A stretch of DNA of 64,000 nt from the human T2T-CHM13v2.0 reference genome, Homo sapiens: NCBI GenBank assembly GCA_009914755.4, contig CP068257.2, positions 35,008,001-35,072,000 on the forward strand, given 5' to 3'. Every line of letters starts with the position of its first letter. Within the stretch, counting starts at the first letter, position 1. The position numbers and the translations under genes were made by a program. This document shows positions 58,228 through 64,000 of this stretch, in pieces. A model generated the notes under the pieces. That model did not search any database and was not told the DNA's origin. It saw nothing but the letters and a program-made list of their open reading frames with translations.

Positions 58228-60274
58228 TCATGTCTTGGTAACATCGAGTATCCAGTCAGTCTTCACATCTCCCTGATTTTCTTATACATTTGCCTGAATT
58301 AAAATGCAAACAAGATTCCCACTTTGCATGTGGTTGATATGCCTCTCAGGTGTCTTTTCAACTATGGGTTTCCTTCCTCCCCACTCCCTTTTTTCTCCTT
58401 GCCACTCATTTGTTGAAGGAACTGGGCTGTCTTTCCGATAATTTCCCATATTCTAGACTTGCTGGTAGCATCCTATGACACTGTTTCACATATTCCTCCA
58501 TCCCTGGATTTCCTGAAAACCTGTGGTTAGGATGTCTAGTTAGGGACTGAATCAGATTCACAGCTGATGTTTTTAGCAAGACTGTTTTATAAGGGGTATG
58601 TACTCCATCAGGAGGCAAGTGAGATCTCCAAATCACTCTGGAGAAACCTCCTTCTCTCTCTTCCCTTCTCCCTACGTGCCTCTCTTCCTCCCTTCCTCTC
58701 TCTGTTAGCAGTCGTTGATGATAAGCTGATCATTGCTAAGTTCTATAATCCCAACAAAGGTTTACAAAATGCTTTATCCTCATTCTATCCACCCTTCTTT
58801 TATGCTTCCATTAGAATATTTCCATAGGGACAAATTTTCCCTTGTTAACTATCTATTTAGCTATAGACATAATTCCAATGTTATATTTGCAGCATTTCAT
58901 ACGTGTTCTCCCTGGAACTTTATTCCCTACTAGGGTATAAAGAGGAAAACTGAGCAAAAACAAGGAGCCCCTGTGGATACCTATTTCCTTAATTCAAGTA
59001 ACTGATATTCCACCTATATATCTTTCAACTCAGAATATGTAGGGCCATGCAAGTATTTTGTTTATTTCATGGTTATTCCTGTAGCCTTTTGGCATTTGAC
59101 ATTGTAAGTCACAATCATGATTAATACATGAGCTCTGGGAAACTTTGATTGATAGATCACTAATATTTTTAAGGAGTAGCTCACAATTACCAGACTGCAC
59201 TCAAAACAGCAGAAATTCTCTCCAAGAAAATGTGTAAATAGCTAGTTTCTACAGGAGAGGAAACCTCTCTGAGTTTGTCACCTTCAGCTTTGGTTCACAC
59301 TCCACCTGACCCATTTAATTATACAAGGGCATCAGTCATTGAAAGCTAAAATTAACAGTTCATGACTTTTGCCAGAGAGCTCTGATATCTCCAGTGGAAA
59401 TTTTCCATACTGCTCTTGTGACAGACTGACATCCACTGATGTTGCCACAGAGAAACAAAAAATAAGAAATGAGGTTTTTGCCTTGGTTTTTCAGTAATTG
59501 CCACATGGACAGCCTGCCTGGTCTTGGTGACAACCCCACTTTGGTCACATTCACATAACACATAGTTTTTAGTCATTGACTGTGGGCCTGGTGCTGAGAG
59601 TAAAGAAGTGCACAAGACAAAGAGCCTGTGCCCAGAGCCAGGAGAGCTGGCCTCCTACACCAGCCCCAGCACTCACTGGCCACATGGGTTCAGGCCAAGT
59701 CTTGAAAATCACATAGATTCGAGGCATTGGAAGAGTTCCCAGGGAAAGAGGCACTCCACACCAAGTCAGGAAGAGCCAGATTAAATTCCCAGCTCCCTCC
59801 CTTACCATCTGTGTGGCATGAGCCTGAGGTCACTTAGAAATGGTCAGAAAGGAAGAAGCAGATGAAATGGGAGAGTGCAAGGAAGATCCAGGGGAAACCA
59901 CATAGCTATCGTTTCTTCTTTAATCAGGGTGTAACATTCATATAGTAAAATGTAATAACATGCACCAATCTTAAGCACACAACATAAGGAACTCTTCACA
60001 TGAATCCCATATAACCACCACCCAGATCAAGATATAGAACATTTCCAGCACCCACAGTAGACAGACATTTTAATGTGAAAATACCAAAAGTTGAATCCCA
60101 CAACTTCTATTATGTTACCACAATCAGTCCTGCCTCACTCCAGTGCCAACTCCTTACCAGTGGAGATGGGTTTACAGTTCCTTGTTCTACCCTCCTGGTG
60201 ACCAAGAGCACCACTTACAGACTAGCCTACTGATCTGGGGTTACAGATGGAGCCTATAGATCTGTCTTAGACTT

Positions 60275-60594
<320 letters not shown>

Positions 60595-60724
60595 TGGCTT
60601 AGACTTCTAATGTATAATGAGTTAACTGGCCAGTGCTGCACTGGCAAAATATACAAAATATTGTCCCCTTCTTATTTTACTAGCTAACCAGCCCAGATTT
60701 TCTTTATATTACAAAGTGTACTAA

Positions 60725-61300
60725 ATATCATAAAATTACTACATGGGCAATAAAAGTTGCGGGGATGTAACAGCATCCTTCTTAATAGCCAACTGGTGGG
60801 AACCACTCAAAAGTCCATCAACAGATGAATGGATAAACAAAATGTGGTTTATCTATACAATGGAATATTATTTAGCCATAAAAAGGAATGAAATTCTAAT
60901 ATACGCTACAACATGGATGGACCTTGAAAAACCTTATACTGAGTGAAAGAAACCAGACACAAAAGACCACATACTATTCTATATATTTCCATTCATACAC
61001 ACATCCAGAACAGGTAACTCTGTAGAGACAGAAAGTAGATTAGTGATTGCTTGGACCTGGTGTTCAGGGTGGAGGGATAGGAGGTTAATAGCTAAAGGGT
61101 ATGGGGTTTGTTTTAGAACATTTTGATAAAATGTTCTAAAATTATAATGTTGTTTGCACCTATTTGCGAATATACTACAAGCCATTAAATTGTACACTTT
61201 AAATGGGTGAGTTGTATGGTATGTGATTGCTATGGTTTGAATGTCTGTCGCCTCCAAAACTCCTGGTGAAACTTAGTCCCCATTGTAACAGTATTAAGAG
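60725..61300 (+). mobile_element. Ancient L1 (L1M-type) 3' end (ORF2 C-terminus remnant + 3'UTR)
   Basis: gcggggatgtaacagcatccttcttaatagccaactggtgggaaccactcaaaagtccatcaacagatgaatggataaacaaaatgtggtttatctatacaatggaatattatttagccataaaaaggaatgaaattctaatatacgctacaacatggatggaccttgaaaaaccttatactgagtgaaag...gattagtgattgcttggacctggtgttcagggtggagggataggagg...attaaattgtacactttaaatggg matches the L1MA/MB 3'-end consensus well. Confidence 0.85.
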
Positions 61301-61305
61301 TTGGG

Positions 61306-61609
61306 GCCGGGCCAAGTGCAGTGGCTCATGCCTATAATCCCAGCAATTTGGGAGGCTGAGGCAGGCGGACCGCTTGAGCTCAGGAATTTGAGAGCAATCT
61401 GGGTGACACGTCAAAACTTCATCTCTACAAAAAATACAAAAATTAGTTGGGCATGGTGGTTTGCACCTGTAGTCCCAGCTACTTGGGAAGCTGAGGCAGG
61501 AGGATCACCTGAGCCTGGGAGGCAAAGCTGCAGTGAACCAAGCCACACCACTGCATTCCAGCTTGGGCAACAAGAGGGAGATCCTGTCTCAAAAAAAAAA
61601 AAAAAAAAA
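61306..61609 (+). mobile_element. Alu SINE, full length
   Basis: ggccgggccaagtgcagtggctcatgcctataatcccagcaatttgggaggctgaggcagg...gggagatcctgtctcaaaaaaaaaaaaaaaaaaa. Confidence 0.95.
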
Positions 61610-61938
61610 GGCTGGGCACCCATGGCTCATGCTTGAACTCCCAGCACTTTGGGAGACCAAGGTGGGTGGATCACTTGAGGCCAGGAATTCAAGACCAGCC
61701 TGGCCAACTGGTCTCTATAAGTAGAAATCCCGTCTCTACTAAAAGTGCAAAAATTAGCTGGGCATGATGGTGGGCTCCTGTAATCCCAGCCAGTCAGCAG
61801 GCTGAGGCAGTAGAATTGCTTGAACCCGGGAGGTGGAGGTTGCAGAGATACAGTGAGCTGACATCGCACCACTGCACTCCAGCCTGCGCAACAGAGTGAA
61901 ACTTTGTCTCAAAAAAATAAAATAAAATGAAATGAAGG
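61610..61938 (+). mobile_element. Alu SINE (older), directly abutting the previous Alu's poly-A
   Basis: ggctgggcacccatggctcatgcttgaactcccagcactttgggagaccaaggtgggtgg...gagtgaaactttgtctcaaaaaaataaaataaaatgaaatgaa. Confidence 0.93.
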
Positions 61939-61949
61939 TCACAAACACC

Positions 61950-62140
61950 GAGGAAAAAGCCAAGTGAACATAAAGGCAGACCGGAATAATCCAGCCACAA
62001 GCCAAGGAGTGCCTGGGGCCACCAGGAGCCGGAAGAGGCAGGAAGGACCCTTTTCTAGGGCCTTCGGAGGAAGGGCAGCCCTGCTGATACATTGATTTCA
62101 GACTTTTGGCTGGTCTGAACGGTGAGAAGAAATTTTTGTT
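61950..62140 (+). mobile_element. ERVL-MaLR-type LTR 3' fragment (MLT1-like)
   Basis: ccaaggagtgcctggggccaccaggagccggaagaggcaggaaggacccttttctagggccttcggaggaagggcagccctgctgatacattgatttcagacttttggctggtctgaacggtgagaagaaatttttgttgtttcaagc. Confidence 0.55.
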
Positions 62141-62146
62141 GTTTCA

Positions 62147-62245
62147 AGCCAGGAGGCGGCGATTGCAGTGAGCCAAGATCGTACCACTGCACTCCATCCT
62201 GGGTGACAGAGCAAGACTCTGTCTCAAATAAATAAATAAATAAAT
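62147..62245 (+). mobile_element. Alu 3'-end fragment with (AAAT)n tail
   Basis: caggaggcggcgattgcagtgagccaagatcgtaccactgcactccatcctgggtgacagagcaagactctgtctcaaataaataaataaataaatt. Confidence 0.9.
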
Positions 62246-64000
62246 TACTCAGTCCCAGGTATTCAGCTATAGCAACAGAAACGGGCTAAGACCATGATTA
62301 TATCTCAATAAAGCCATATTTAAGAAAAGAAAACAAGGGAGCAATACAAAGTAAATTGAACTGTAACTTAAGGTGTTATTACCCAAAGATACTCACGATC
62401 AGCATTGTGAGGAAGATCCCTCTGGTACTTTTCTACCTGTAATTTCGTTGTTATTTTACTTAATCATCATCATACAATACATAGAGTTTTATAGGACTGG
62501 AATGATTTCTAAGGTATAACAGTCAGATTTAGGTGCCAACACCAGAAATTTATTGAGCTATTTCAAGCACAAAGAGATTTAACAGAAGGACTCTTTGGTG
62601 TTTACGAAACTGTTAAAAAGACTGGGTAGAGACTCTCGACTGGCTTCCCAGGAATGGATCACACGCGGAACTGGCCAGCCAAGGCAGCTGTTAGCACTGC
62701 CACAGCCAATAATAGCATCAGGAAGCTGCCACTGTGACTGGTGAATCCAGCAACGGCCTTGTTAGCTGTGATTGAGGGATCTGAAAACCACCACTGGAAC
62801 TGCCGGCTTCAGAGCCTTGCCACTGGCACCTCTGCTAATGCTGCCAGGCACACACATATCCAGAAAAAGCATTCACTGATTGTGCTTACAGCAGAAACCA
62901 CAATGGCAGCCAAAGTGTGGCGGCCACTTTACTTCTCGAATAAATGCATCCAATTGGTCACACCTAATTGATATCAAGAACCTTAGCTGCAAGGGAGGCC
63001 GGAAAATACAATTATATATAGAAAGGTATTTACCAAACCATGTTAGAAGCTTTTAAACTATTTTAAAATAGCTACATAACTTTTCATTAAATATACATAC
63101 ATAGATATATATATATGCATTTAATTAATCAACCCCCCCACCTATTTAGGATACTTTGTTTCCAGAGTTTTATATTATGAATATTAAGAATCCAACATTT
63201 AATATTATAAATAATATAACGATACTGCCAATAATAACAACTACAGCTTATTTAATACTTCCTTCTTCCAGGCAGTGTGCTAGGTAGGCCCTTTTATATT
63301 CATTATATTTGTCAATCATTTTTTAGTTAAGACTCAACAACCTGCTTATGGGGTAACTATTAATCCCATTGTACACATAACAAAACTGAGGGTTAAAGAG
63401 AAGTCAGAGCTAGATTTAAGACCAAAGCTTGCATCTTTAACCAATATGCAAATACTCATGCAAAAAGACTTTTTTGGTCTTAGAAATGATCTCCACTGGA
63501 CAAATAACCAGAAATAGAATTACATACTGTTCAAGAGCTGTGAATGCTTCTAAATCCCTTGAGATACATGAATGAGCAGGCCAGATTCTCAGTTAACGTC
63601 ACTGTCAGGACTGTGAACACCTGCATGGCAGGAGCTCCCTTTTATCACTTGAAGGCCTGGCTCAGCGACTGGCACACTGTGGCCACTCCGTGGGTGTTTC
63701 CGTGAGTAACAGTGGGTGTGCAGGCAGAAGTGCATGAAGGCACTCCAGTCCAAAGAACTGCATTCCTTTTGCAGCACAAAGCACGAGCTGTATCTAGGCT
63801 AGTCCAGCTCTAGACCACACATGAAAGTGAGTGCCTGAAACATGCAACCCTCTATCTGCTTTAGCCACCTTCACGCACCAGCTAAGTCATCGCACTTTCC
63901 ATGACCATGTTGCCTGTGAAGAGAATGAACATGGTCTGATAAATCAGGCATCCAAGCAACTGTGCACAAGACTGCAGATTGCATCCATTGCTTTAGGTAG

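Overview
This window is primate (almost certainly human) nuclear genomic DNA, not a prokaryotic or viral locus. About 40 Alu SINEs (full-length, truncated and nested) lie on both strands with poly-A tails and target-site duplications. L1 LINE 3'-end and ORF1 fragments, ERVL-MaLR solo LTRs (THE1/MST-type and MLT1-like), MIR SINE fragments and a Tigger-type DNA-transposon fragment are also present. Many microsatellites are present, several visibly grown out of Alu poly-A tails. Roughly half the window is interspersed repeat. I find no supportable protein-coding gene, rRNA, tRNA, CRISPR array or operon-like structure. The six-frame ORF track is uninformative here: the longest ORFs are antisense Alu, microsatellite or GC-rich read-through artefacts, and mammalian exons would not appear as long uninterrupted ORFs anyway. 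The window looks like a gene-poor intergenic or deep-intronic region. The most interesting unique-sequence content is a handful of repeat-free, CpG-retaining, TAAT/homeodomain-motif-rich blocks and one near-consensus CTCF motif, which are candidate distal regulatory elements. Several transposon-biology curiosities are also noted: an extremely 5'-truncated young Alu with a perfect TSD, Alu-in-Alu and LTR-in-L1 nesting, and microsatellites born from Alu tails. The suggestion that the window holds a novel biological system is not borne out by anything I can see in the sequence. Coordinates of repeat boundaries are approximate (about ±10 bp). Family names are assigned from memory of consensus sequences without a database search.
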